DNA from: Takakia lepidozioides
Lineage: Eukaryota > Plantae > Bryophyta
Direction: 5' to 3'
DNA: 64,000 bases
NCBI GenBank assembly: GCA_030704615.1
Contig: CM060732.1
Span: 1,550,001-1,614,000, forward strand
Shown: piece after piece, positions 38,501-51,498 of the stretch
How the letters are laid out: each line of letters starts with the position of its first letter
How positions within the stretch are numbered: position 1 is the first letter of the stretch
Program-made: the position numbers and the translations under genes
The notes under the pieces: generated by a model
The model's database searches: none
What the model was told of the DNA's origin: nothing
Seen by the model: only the letters and a program-made list of their open reading frames with translations

Positions 38501-39545
38501 TGCCCGGGCTTATACATCAGACCTAGGATTGAGCCCACCTGTCGGATGGCGAGGCGTGATAGGCCCGCCGCATCATTCCATGGAATGAGTGAACGGCCAG
38601 GATCGAGCCAACATACTAGGGTTCACCCTGCGTAGTCATGATATGTAAACCGTATCCAACGATATAAAGCCGAAAAATACTATTGATGAACGTGTCCGTT
38701 AGGATGGATGAATAAGGTACTAAAAGCACCGGGATGAAATGAGCCTTAACGCAGGGGAAAAGTCGGGCAGGCACAGGCGAAACAGAGTGTTAAAAACTAA
38801 CATTATGCACTAAAACTTGTTAAGCTTAATCTGGTGCAGCAGGGATACTGACGGTTATAGCAGCTGTTAGCAAAACGGGCCTACAGCTTAGCAGGTGTTC
38901 TAGGACATGTCCTTAGATTGTTAGGGACAGTTAGTGATCTTGATGAGGGAGGATACAATTTCACAATTTCGGCGGAAAGGTTGAGTGCTTCAATGTTTTC
39001 TTATGCCAGACTTCTGGCCATGCCACAAGGGACCAAGTGAGCCCATTTAACTTTCATCTTTAGCTGCAATAGGAACAGGAAGCCAAGAATGGTGGTGGTC
39101 TCGTTTGGTGATTATAATAATTGACATGTGCAAACCACTCTTAGTCTTAACAATTCATGCTACGCGGTGGCCAGTCCACCAGTCCACACCTAACCCTGTT
39201 CCCCCCTGCCCCCCTTTTCTACTTCAAACACACCGGAAGGCTCCATCAACAAATAGTCCAGTACAATTGTCTCTCTGCCAGGAATACTGCCAAGGGATCT
39301 CAACCATCAATTCACCCAATTCTACCTGTCTCCATTGAATTGCAATTGTCATGGGCTGATAAAGGCACCCAAGATCCCATCACTTTAATACCTTTTATTG
39401 GCTGAGCACCTGAAGCAGTTAATTACCGCAAATCTATGAACGGAGTTGCACGAGGTCTAGTAGTGAGCATCGCACAACACCTTCACATACTTTACTACTT
39501 AGCGACCATGTTTTTCCTTCATCATGCACCCATGTCCATCTCACA

Positions 39546-42500
39546 TCATGCGGTGCCAAACCTGCAAAGCATATCTGGAATCAGCTGTTGTTTCTCGACA
39601 AGTAGCCACTCTTGAATGATTACCCAGCACATTGCTATGATCAGCAGGTAATGCAAGTTGGCCAGCCAGTCATACTATCCTGTTAACAGAAGGTAGGGGG
39701 AAGAAACTGGTGTTCAGTATTATCACATAGGCTGGCATTCATTACCACAAATGCAATGCTGTTTGGTTCTCCAGTGAATTTAATCCCATTCTCACTCTAG
39801 TTCACTGGTGTTCGAATTTCTGTATTGGCAATACACGTCACTTGTCTGCCGATCCTAATCCTACTAACATGAGTGCATCCACCTTCAGAAAAGTCTTCTT
39901 CAGAAGATATGACTACATAAAGATGTGCACACACCAACTCTTCTCACTCAACCCAGCCGCACATATATGGCAATCTATTTTTTCAGACGGGTGAACATAC
40001 CCAAGTTCAGACAGGTTCTGGTGGGCAACAGAATAATCCTCAAAAAACTTGTCTTCATCCTGGAACGCACAGTTTCAACAGCAGAGATTACCATGGCAAC
40101 AGTAATGAAGGTTAACAGACCATTTACCATTGTCTTTCACTGCAATAGAGACCATGAGATCGGTGTGATATACACAATACTACTGAACACGATACTGTCA
40201 AAATCTGAGATCAAGAAATAGTGCACAACCAGCAGCCCAGGAAGAAGCCACCCTCGCCACAGATTCATGATGGTCAACAGAGTGGATGTAGAGATAGTAC
40301 AAAATACTCCACTGCAAGATACCTAGGACACAGACAGTTATAGAACGGGCTTGCTACCTTGGCATACAGCTCCACCAGCTTATGGAAGGTAGGATCCTCT
40401 AGGAGTGCCTTATCAGATGCAAGTTGCAAGAGTCCTTCCTTCTCACCACTCAATAATTCCCTGTTCATTCAAGTTCCTATTAGAACTCCAGCAAATAGAG
40501 ATAAATAGAGAGAGGATGCCTCACTGCAACTTGAGAATGTAAACGTACCATTTGTGGGGTGTCTGACTACACACCCCACAAATGTCGACACTATACAGTA
40601 CAGATTACCGGATGCTGACTGTATTAATGCTGAAAACATCCCAGACCGTATTGGCTAGAAACTATGGCATGCAAGACTAGTATATTCGACTCAATTTTGA
40701 TGACCCCAGCATATGGATGAGCTTAGACCTCCTTGCAACCAAGCAGGAAATGAAGCCATTCCTAGAAGGCTAGAGTACCAAAGGAGAGCAGAATGAGATC
40801 ATATAAAATCCTAGAAGAAAACAGAAAGTTTGGCAGTTACGTGAAATAGCTGTTGTCAAACTGGAGGGGGTTGGGAGTCCATGGACCCTCGAATCCTGAG
40901 CGGTCCTTGTGGCATCTCCCCTGCCAGTGAATTGGGGATGAGATCAAACACATGCTAAAAAAACTAAGTGCTCCTGAACAAATCCCCTATTACCCTGCTG
41001 AATTGCGTACATCAGAGACCCCCATGCAATAATGATGCAACCACATTGAATGAAGACCTTCATTGAGGAACTTTCCAAAGGAAAGCTTTTGAAAAAGTCA
41101 CACGAACAGACTTCTTGGCAGTCATAGTCACCTCCAATCTATGTCGGTGTGCAAATTCATATAGAAAAGAATGAAACGAACCAGAGTATGGGCACCAGAA
41201 AGGGCCACAATGTCTTGATCGGACAGACCCATGGCAGACCCAAACACTTCACGAAGGTGGTCGGCTCCTGATCAACAATAATTGTACCACACAGTACAAG
41301 CTATGAGCAGACAATCAAGCAGAGCTAGGACACTGACTAGACTTTTTCCCTCTCCTATGGGCAGTGCCCTCCTTCAAGAGAGCTTTAAACAGTAACGAAA
41401 TTAAGTCTTCAACCACCAATATAGCGTTACAACACTCAACCTATGTGCCTTTTACACAACCAACCTGCACCACCACAGGCAAAGAACTCATTGAAACAGG
41501 AAATCTTGAGATTATACAACTCTAGAGTACCTTTGGTGGCATCAGGTAGCCGGCCTTCCACGGGACACACGTCCAAATCCTGCAAGGCCATCAGAGAAGC
41601 CACCCATAGGACAAACAGAACACCACAATGCATCTAATCATTTGTCATGTATGAGCTGCAGCACAAAGCCCATCCATCAGAAAAGCAAGCCAAGAAATTA
41701 CGACAAAAGGTAGTGGCGGGGGTTTACATCTGACCAGAAGTTGGATTGCTTTTAATACAACATCAAGAAACAACCAGAAAACTAGTCATGGCATCAAACA
41801 CTTAGTAAAACCACTAGGAATTTAAATACTCAATTTTAGGGCCTAGTAGAGTGTGATCTCATATCTGAGAAGGCGATCAAAGATAATGAAATAGCCACAT
41901 CCAAGGTAAAGCCCTTTCAAAGATGAAAACAAATGCACCAGCATAAAACATTGCAGGAAGCTAAGTGGGAAGAAGAAATGATAACACGAGGAAGAAGACC
42001 AGAAAGATACTGGAAATCTCTCCAAAACTACTTAGAAAGCGGAACCAGGAGACCTTGAGAAGAGACAGACATCCATTTAATGAGGATGCGGCAGGCTTAC
42101 CTTCCTTCCGGGATGGAAAGGGATAGTAGGCCCTCCGGTAACCTCAATAGCAACAACTCCAGCAAGCTACATCACACGCATAACGCTTACACAGGATTCC
42201 TACTGAACAACTAGTTATAACGGCACTGATTGGTATCCACAAATCACTGGCCTGCAATTTTTGTGCCCTCCTACCTCTATTTCTGTCTCTCCTCTCACCT
42301 CTATCCCTCCATACTACACATGCACACTCACACTCAAGGAAGACTCCACATGAAGCAAATAAGCACACATGCAATTTGACAATATAACTCAAGCAGAGTA
42401 AGACTTCCTGCAACAAGCACCTAATCAACATTACAATGGCCGACTAACACAAGTATTCTGCTACAGATGCTTTCAGGCTCAAGGACAACTAAACCAATAA

Positions 42501-43299
42501 TTGACTTTGCTGGATTCAGATAGGGCAGGTTCAGTTCATATCTTTAGAAAACTGAAGGCATATGGAAAATTCAATTACCACCCGACCAAAATGGAAAATC
42601 TTTGACATGGTCAACTTTACCTGGTAGAAGTCAGCATATGACAAGATGGGGAACCGGTCCTTGACAGGCTGAAGCAGCTTCACAGCTATGTCAAGGCCAG
42701 CATTCGCTCCATGGCCAAGCTCCTCCAGCATTCTGATGGTGCCATATGGTCCCCCTGTTTTCGACTTACAGTCAAATGTTCCAGCTCCATGCCATCTGTT
42801 GCAGGGAATGCATGAGGTCAAATGTTAATCCCGGATACGTCCCTACTTTGCTATGCTATAATTTCTGCTTACAGTGATTTCAGCCAGTATGCAGCTTACA
42901 CACTCTTAACAGAGTGATATCCATTTGAAGACAAAATGACCCATAATTTTACCATACAAATTCTCAGTATACTCAAAGGTCATAATCAACAACCCCCATA
43001 CAATGAGCATGCGACTGAGAGAGAGACTTACGCAAGGCGCACTATGATAGGAGCACAGTTCTTCTCTGCACACAACAAATGATTATCCAACAAGCAGAAA
43101 TTAGCCCGCGTGTACCATAAAACACTAAAGAGCTAGAAGCCGTTGTTTTCTGTGAATAACTCTCAACAATGGAGACAGGTTAAAAGTACACAACACAGCA
43201 GACACAGAACATACCAGCGATCAGACCACGCAGCTTCCTGCGAGCCTTTTCCACAGCTACCAAGTACTCATTGCTGACTGTTGGATAAACTTTCGTCAT
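39546..43299 (-). CDS. APX: Cytosolic L-ascorbate peroxidase, 250 aa, 10 coding exons
   Basis: Exons 43299-43215, 43065-43032, 42795-42621, 42166-42101, 41579-41531, 41267-41182, 40920-40841, 40460-40358, 40059-40001, 39561-39546. All introns GT-AG; total 753 nt. Protein [12 protein letters not shown]...[11 protein letters not shown]...[23 protein letters not shown]...SDKALL...LSELGFGTA*. No transit peptide or C-terminal membrane anchor. Confidence 0.97.
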
Positions 43300-44696
43300 A
43301 CCTGTGGACACAACAACTTGAAGAGTTTAACACCGACTATTCATGTACTACTGCTGCAGCACAGCAGCCACACACTTCGTGAGATCACCAGACTGGGCTT
43401 GCTACAATATATATCTCCACAGCAACCAGATGTGTGGACCTGATGGCCAATACAATCTGACAGAAAGGACAACCAGCTTTCCACGTGGAGATGGAAGGGA
43501 GCTCCGACATGGTCCAATAAATTTCAACTCGCATTAGCAGCACAATCAGCCCCAAAGGCAGGGCATCGGTAAGAAATGGTCCAAAGGCTGTCACTGCTTG
43601 AACCTGATCTATTCCCAGAAACCTTCAAACGTAGAGACTTCTATCCACTAGTTAATCGGGCTCCACTATCGATGAGAAGCTGGATCAACTATCTCCGAGA
43701 CTTGCCCTTGAAGCAGAGAGAAGGAAATATACAATACAAAGTTTCCCAACAAGAATTGTCACATGGTTACAGAAACGATGCGCAGACCACAAACTCGAAC
43801 TATTCATATTCAACAGACCAACGGGCATAGAAAGACCTGAGATGAGAAGTGGCTGCTAAAGACGATAATAATCTAACGCTGGGTGAAAGAAACAATGCAA
43901 CGAAGTAACTGATTTGCATATAATGAGACAATCGGCAGAAAAGAACAGGAATCTAATGGTTTTATTTCATGTTTTCTGCACATTCGAGATGGAACGACCT
44001 GAAAACCAAGAATCCAAATGGTCGTGACATGTCAGACCCTACGGTTGACATTACAGATGTACAGGGTAATGCATTCACTCCACTCACAAAATCATGAAGC
44101 AAAACCTTACAAGACGGACCTGCGTGGGAAAAACACTCAGGCAGCAGATACTATCACGACTTCGATAAGGTTAGGTTCCGACGAGACTGTAAATACTACA
44201 CTTTCAATGAGTCACAGCAGGCATCTTAATTGTGATCACTGTATACATCTTTTACTTGATTTACACGCACTGGCCTTGCAAGCGTGGTACGAGGCACCTG
44301 CAGTGGAATACAATGAAGGAAACAGACATTGAAGGAACAAGTAAACTCAATGCCTCTCTCTCAACTTAGTTCCTACATATCAGCTCCCATTAACTATACT
44401 TCCACCCACAGCTATCCAGACAACCGTGACCCGCCCCTCAAGAGATATTGGATCAAAGACTCCAGGAAGTCATGAGGACTACCGGAGGCATTGCCAAAAT
44501 CAAGGGACAAAGAGCAACCAGAAAAGTCTCTTCACTCTATTCATATTCCTACCCGATCCATACAAGATGGCAGAGAGTTCTACAGGATTTATCATACGGC
44601 CCCGGATAAGACCTTTCCATAACCAATATCCAGGCCAAAAAGCGTAAAAGAGCAGCCGACGGATCCCAGTTCGTCAGGAATTCATGTAAGTAATAC

Positions 44697-44775
44697 CTGA
44701 AAAACACACGATGCACCGAAGACTACACGAGCCGAGATAGGAGCAACGAAGCGCGATATTGGCTGGGAGTGAGTG
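44697..44775 (-). other. Probable non-coding first exon of APX (5' UTR intron 43302-44696)
   Basis: Acceptor cacag lies 2 nt before the ATG. Candidate donor tcag/gtatta at 44697/44696. A 5' UTR intron is typical of cytosolic APX genes. G-box CACGTG at 44910-44915. The transcription start is approximate. Confidence 0.5.
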
Positions 44776-44994
44776 TGGTCTCTCCACCAGGCCAGCACGC
44801 GCTCAGTCAAGCACTTCGAAGAGCCACCACTCCTTTGCGCATGCCAGGGCCGGCGCCTCATCTGACGGATATCCTTTCTACTTAACGCATCAGGTCTTTT
44901 CTATTCATCCACGTGACTTCTTATACCTACTTTGGATGAAATGAGTGAAAATTCATTTTCCCTCGTACTGCGCAAGGAATGAAAGGCGGAATGG

Positions 44995-45168
44995 AAAAAA
45001 AAAGAAAAAAAAGTATGTCGCCTCCCTAAGGAAGCGTAACTTATGGTGTCTCTTCACCCCCAAGGGCTACTGCCTGGACACCTTTGCAACACCAATCCGT
45101 GGATTGAACCCACAACCACTTCCGAGGTGGTATGTGCCCATTGCCACTAGGCTACAACTTGGTTGTCT
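44995..45168 (-). mobile_element. tRNA-derived SINE with poly(T) tail upstream of APX
   Basis: Minus strand: A box TAGCCTAGTGG, B box GGTTCAATCC, T-rich tail. Flanking near-direct repeats ggcggaatgg / ggcagaatga. Confidence 0.75.
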
Positions 45169-45642
45169 GGCAGAATGAACATTAGCCTAGGGGTTCGCAT
45201 TGCTCCGCACTACTAGCGACGAATTTTGAGAACTAAGTTCAATTTTCACAAAAAGGGGTGGGTCATCCCCATGGTGTTACATACATACATCCCATATTTC
45301 ATTGTTTTTCGGAAGAAGAATGGCGGAGTATTGCAGAAGCTATCATGTCACGTCTCCGTATTTCATTGTATCTATCTATCTATGCCCAAGAAGTGAGGGG
45401 GAGTTGAACCAGTATGCACACACTTCCACACTCAAATCCACTCACATTTGACACGTCTACCTATTTCATTCTTCCTATTTCATTGTAATAGCATGTCTAT
45501 GTGATATGAAAGTTGTTGTATTTTTCATTCAAAAAATAATAGAAACAATGTAGCCCAGTGGCCAGCAGTGCCATGCCATTTTCTACCCATTATAATCACT
45601 CTTGGACAAGTGTGTAGGACATGAGTTTAAACGGCCCATGAT

Positions 45643-45870
45643 TTGTTTGATCTGCATTTGCCAAAGATCTACAAGCTGTCCAAAAGACACAAAAAGACGC
45701 TGACTAGGTTTCGAGATGAGCCGTTCATTTCGCCCTATGAGGACGTAAGTGGCCGCCTTCATGACAATATCCGTGTGATGCATGAGAAGCATGCAATTGC
45801 TGGGATTCAAGAGCTACTAAACCTTACTTTAGAGAAGAGAATTATGGTTGATCATCTCATGCATTTTGTA
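45643..45870 (+). pseudogene. Captured PORR-domain (WTF1-like) gene fragment
   Basis: PFISPYEDVSG...EKHAIAGIQELLNLTLEKRIMVDHLMHF matches the PORR core ISPY.D...EK.A..V.HELLSLT.EKR..VDHLTHF. Confidence 0.78.
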
Positions 45871-46079
45871 AAGATATTTATCTTGTCAAGATATTTTATC
45901 ACTAGTGTGAAACTAGCTAGAAAATAGTTAATTTTTATATTGACATTTGGGATTGACCCAAGTGTCAATTTAGGGGTCAACGTATGTGGTACCTGACGGT
46001 ATCTTCGCGGCAGATCGGCGGTGGGCTCAATTAGATCGGCGGTGGGCTCAATTTTCTCGAGTTGCCTCGCTGCGTCTAG

Positions 46080-46900
46080 CTATGGCGCAAGCATAGATGT
46101 TCATGTGTGCAAGGCCTAGTCTTGATATGAGCTTCTTTGCCTCATAGTGCGGCTTAGTCAGGGAATTAGGTTGTGGCGGTAGATGTCTTGCATCAATTTG
46201 AGAAACTCGTCCATTGCTGCATTAGAAATACCTTGAGTAGCACTTACGTTCAACAGCAGCAAGGTGGCTGCCAGTCTGCTTGTTTTGCAGCCAAGATACA
46301 GTGGGGTCTTCGCCGCATATTCATACTCGGATGCGACACGAACATCTGCACAGTCTTCATCTCCCCCGGCTTGCCCCATGTCTTCCTCGGCATTCACTTG
46401 TTGTTGTCCAACACTGTCCGCAATCGAAAATGTCTCCCGCAACATCCTCAGCATGTCCATTTGCCCATCCAATCCTTCCCCACCCACAAGCGGGCGGAAA
46501 GTTGGAGCATCATCGTCCTATGGAGGATCCGGCACATCCCCGTTTCCCCCGTCTCCCTGCACAAGTCAATTCCGCACGTGTTATCCTACGTGCCATCCCC
46601 CTTCTGCAAGGAGCCAAAGCGGAAATCAAAAAACCATTGAGGATTTTGAGATAGGACCCAGAGGATAGAGGAGAGGCATCCTCACAGGCCGAATGCGTAG
46701 GTTGGGATCTCGCTGATTAGCAAGCAAATGATCTCGAGCAGTGTGCACGAACTGCAGGCGCCCACCATGGCAGTCATTGCACGGGCACCATATTTTCACC
46801 ATACCCAGTCTCCTCGCATTTTGTTCTTCTTGTTGCCATAGAAGCGCGTCTACGTTTGGAGGTAGTGGACGTTCTCGACCAGGAGCTTGTGCCATCATCT
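46080..46900 (-). pseudogene. CACTA TnpD/Tnp2 transposase N-terminal remnant
   Basis: Transposase-associated motif KIWCPCNDC...ARDHL, then TPLYLGCKTSRL...GISNAAMDEFLKL...HYEAKKLISRLGL...IYAC. Truncated before the catalytic core. Confidence 0.85.
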
Positions 46901-47060
46901 GAATGACTTGACCTCCCCACGAACATATTAATGGTTTATTGTCTACTGCTCCCACTCACTACCTATGCGTGCGTGATAATGTGACTATGTGCCCTCCACA
47001 TAAAGAGCGTTGCATGTTTTTGTTCCAGTGTCTCCTTGTTCGCGTTTTCACCGCCTGAGC

Positions 47061-50000
47061 ATGGTGAAGCTTTGTGAGGTGTCATTTTGTGATCTGGACA
47101 ACATTTCCAGTAATGACATGAAAGAGACCGAGACGAAGAATGCATACGAGGCCGCGAGAGACGCGCGAGTGAAGAGCAACCTGGAAACGCTGGCAATGCT
47201 TAACCCAACAAGCACGAAGGAAAGGTTCGTCACGATGGATTGAAGATCTCATATTTGGGCTTTCCGGAATACTTTTGTTTTTGCTGCTTGTTTTCAAAAT
47301 TTAGTTCAGTTTTTGGTTCATTGCAAAATGAGGGGGCGACGTCGCTGGCATTGTGCAGCTTAGCAGCAAGCACCCGCAGGCCAAGCAGGAAGGCCAAGTT
47401 TGCGCATAGTGGGCCTCCCCGCCGAAGCGGCCGCCTGAAGACCTTGACAATGGCGTCCATGGAGGAGGCGGAGGCTCCTGCGCCGATGGAGCTGCAAGAA
47501 TCGGACATGGAGGCCAGTACCCAGAAAGAACAGGAAGGTCTGGACATGGACGATGCTTTGGAGAACGAGCAAGAACTAGATGCTGACTACGATATTGACG
47601 ACGACCCGGACGACGACTCTAACGAAGAGGAAGAAGAATCGGGTGACGACCTTGTCGACCATCTGATCGAAGCGTTGCGCAAGGGACAAAGTCCAGTATC
47701 ATTGAAGCGTCGGGCACCAGAGAGCCAGGCTCCTTCCCATGCACAGGTGTGGCATAAACCCTGTGCACCTCTTTCAAAAGTGCATGTTCATGATTTGCCC
47801 ACTAGAGCAATGGTTGAGCTTCAAGTGTACTTGTTTGTATGGTTCTACTGTCGTCTCCTACTGTAGTCCCTTGGCACCCATGGATGTATTCAACTTCTTT
47901 TTTCATTTTGTTTTTCTTTTCACTGTCCTATGTCATTGCAAAAGACTACTTGTGGAGGATTCATACTTTTAGCTTACCACTTTTGCAACAGGAAACTATC
48001 CATTGGTGCCCTGTGGTAAAAGCACCCTTTTTTTAGAATGTTTAATTTTGAGTGTGACCACCTTCTGGGACAATTTTGGCCACTCTGAACATCCACAATG
48101 TCGACAGTACCAACTACATTCAAGGTATGTACAAGGCCTGTAGTTCACATGTACGTAAGCTTGCACAGTCTAGAACCAATCAGGGTTCCAAAGCATGGCA
48201 AGCAGATCCCAACATTTACACATTGTACTGACAAAGATGTACATTCAAGCAAGAATGGTAGCATTAAGTACATGGCAAAGCAGGTATGAAATGCCAATCA
48301 GCACATGCTTCCCCGCAGATGATAATATGATAATTTACCCTAATTGGAGACAGATACAGAGAGATAGAGAAAGCGAGATAGAGTTTCATCCATTGGCTGA
48401 GGTTGCCAACAGCAGACATCATCAAAAAGCCAAATGTGTGCCCGTCTTTCCAGCGCCACTCTCAGAAAACCATAGTCAGTCTTGACCAGAAGAGCCATAG
48501 CCAAAGTTTATCCTCTTGCATTTTTGAGCCAAGGTACTGTACAATGTTCTCATGATGGAATTGAAAAGGCTGGGCATCAATGTGGTTACTGAAAGTCAAG
48601 CCCTTTGTTTCTTCATGCACCATCATCAAGGATACTCTGAACAAGCCGGATTGGCCTTTGCCTCTGGATTGCAGGTAGAATTGACACTATGCCAATGTAC
48701 AGGTCCGGGGCTGCCTCTTGTTTTGTTGATTGCTTGAAGTTGGGTATGTCATGTTCACAATCAGCTTAAATGGTGGGCAGCCTTCTTGTTGAGAGCAAAC
48801 TGGGGACGAGGAAACAATATCTACTGCAGTGTGTGTAATTTGGTATAAGGTATTCCTTCTGGCATATCTTTCTTTCAACTATGACATATGGGGTTACTGT
48901 CTATTCTGGGACAGCCAACCCCTTGCTGAGGTCTGTCACTCTGAGGAGCAGAATTGTTAGGCATGGGGGATTCGGCCAGTGCTCCACCACCTTAGAGAAT
49001 CTCTTTGTGTTCATGACTTGTTTTTGAGGGTACCTGTTTACTGACTGCATTCTTTCTTTATATCTTGCTTTGTTTTGTCCCATAAGCTCCTTGAGCTTTC
49101 CATGGATAGTAGCCAGTATGCTTCTTTCTTCTGTCATATGGTAGCCTGTACAGTAATTCTATATTTCTTCCAGCACTGCCTTCTTTCAACTTTTTGTCAT
49201 AGGGTCCTCCAGGCCTCTCACAGTCAAAATGCTGTTCATTCTTCCATAACCTCTTACAGCTTCATGTGGATGTTACAGAGTACCTTTTCATTTCTTTGTC
49301 GAACAAGTTGTTTGACCTTCCTGGAGACGTTATAAAGTGTCATTCTTTTCTTCTTCTTTTTCCACAGTTATTATCTTTGGAATGGATGTGGTTTACCACT
49401 GTGTTGGCACAAGCTGTGGTGTTGATGGTAAGTCAGTTGTATGATGTCAAGGGATTCAGATTGCCCCATACAAACAAAATCTGCACTACCTACCATGGTT
49501 TGTGTGGAAGGTTCTGTGAAAAAATCAAGTGAGCGACTGTTGACCTTCAGAGGTTTGCAAGAAAGGAGATGCTCAAAGAAGAAGAACACCCACTGCCATG
49601 AACCTTGAAGACACTTATGTGGTACTCGACAGTCCATCAAGTATAGTCTCTAGTGGGAAATTACAGGCGGATATCCTGTAACAGCTTTGCCATTCTAATT
49701 TGGTTTTCTTCTCTGCACTTTTGGTTTCAAGACTTTGCATTGTTTCCTTTCTATTAGCCCATGATTGCTAAGATGAGGTGTGGTGACTGTTTGGCATGTG
49801 TGAGCAGGATGCAGGGAAGAAAATGCCCAGAGTGGGCCAGACGTCAGTGTTGCCAGTGCCAGGGCCTCCCCCTCCTCCAGGTGCAGCCGCACCAGGCAGC
49901 TTCTATCCCCAGTGCTATCGTGACCAGCTGCACCAGGGCTCATCTTCTGGACATGGATCGCACTATAATGAAGGGCCACCATCGTATCCAAACTACCAGC

Positions 50001-50970
50001 CTCCCCCTAGCCTGACAGGTGAGTACTCATGTTATGCTGGGACAGCGGGGCAGCAACCGCTTCAGCGGGGCAGCAACCGCTTGACAATGCGATGAATGGC
50101 CACTACCACCAAGGCGTATGGTATCCTGCCATAAACCCGCTGAACCCTGCTTACCGTCCTCCTCCCTTACACTATCCCAGAAGTCCCGCAATGCGGCCCG
50201 AGGTGCATGGTCAGTACCCTGGACAAGCAGGTTCCACTCCCAACTTGTCAGCCCAAAGGCCCCTACATTTCACGGTATCCAGGCCTGGCGCAAGTGGCGG
50301 TGGACTAAAAGAGTCCCAGCAAGCGCCTGGGTGGCAAGGCACACCTGTGCAGACAGGCCCTCGCAACATGGAAGGGGCAGAGGGAAGGGAGGACTCCAAT
50401 GTGACTCCGGATCTAACACCCATGACCACGAAGGAACGAGCTTCTCACCTGAGGAAGGTGAGAAGAGCTGCCAAGAAGGAGATGAAAGCGCAGGCAGCAG
50501 AAAATGCAGCAGCGGGGAGGAAGATATTCTACATTGAGCTTGATCCCAAAGGCGCTCCAATGGACGATGCACGCAACGACTGGTTGTGTGCCCTGCGTGG
50601 ACAATGTCAGCGTCTTCTTGACTGGTCAGTGCCAATTCTTCAAGTGCCAATGGAGAAGACTGTTGAGATTGGGCACATTTTGGATCTTGACTGGGAGTAT
50701 AGCAGGCCAATGACTGACAAGGCACTACGAACCAGGTTGGTGGCGTTCTAAAAAACCAGCGATTGAAGTTGTACAAGAGGGTGTACAAGCTTGGGAAACC
50801 CAAACCCAACCATATTGCAGACAAAACTTGAGCACAATTGTGTTCTTTATAGTCTACACCGGAGTGGAAAGCCAGTTCGCAGAATGGCAAAAAAACGAGG
50901 TCGCATGTAAAACTACCGAGCAGGTTTGGACGCTCAGGCATTCTAGCGGTGTGGAGACAAGGCTGGTACA
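47061..50970 (+). pseudogene. CACTA TnpA/Ptta-like ORF2 remnant (probably multi-exon)
   Basis: NAYEAARDARVKSNL motif, an acidic tract and a P/Q-rich tract, then ...WLCALRGQ...KPKPNHIADKT*AQLCSL*STPEWKASSQNGKKTR...RFGRSG, which resembles the Transposase_24 domain. Confidence 0.62.
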
Positions 50971-51498
50971 TCCTGAACACTGTTTCCATGCAAATAATAA
51001 TGTTCCGTTGCCACGTTCTCATTACATGGAAGTCCCTTGCCGTTTTTTTGGCTTGTGTGAGATTATATGTGCAGTCAGTTTCCTCACTGTGTCCATGTAT
51101 AAATTGCAATGCAGCCACAACCGGTCGTCCACCCCTGCTAAACGAGATTGTCGGGAGCAAAAATAGCAACAAGGGCTATGGCTCTCAATGTGGAGGGGGC
51201 TCGATGACTGTAAGGCCCGAAACCAATGAACTCATGATGCCTAGTGTGCAAGTGGAATTGTGGGCTTCATCCTTGGCATTTCAGTTTTAAATGTGCATAT
51301 CCCCAATGCTTTTCCACTTCTGGTGCTACATCATGAAATGCAAACACCGTAACTGGAACCTCTCCTTTGTTTGTTTGTGCCCCACATGGTAATGGGTCGT
51401 GTGTGTATATACCCCCACCTCTCTTTTACAACATAGGAAAGGGTTTGTACTGATTCCAGTTGTGCATTTACTCCCCAGTTTTTATATTAACATGAAGT

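Larger units (their letters stand above)
45208..51498. mobile_element. Degenerate CACTA (En/Spm) transposon, interrupted at 51499 by Gypsy copy C
   Basis: Terminus CACTACTAG at 45208. TnpD-like and TnpA-like remnants inside. The other end is not seen. Confidence 0.72.

Noticed and set aside
39850-39912. Alternative penultimate APX exon
   Set aside because: The true conserved exon ([20 protein letters not shown]) is at 40001-40059 and gives the expected 250-aa protein.
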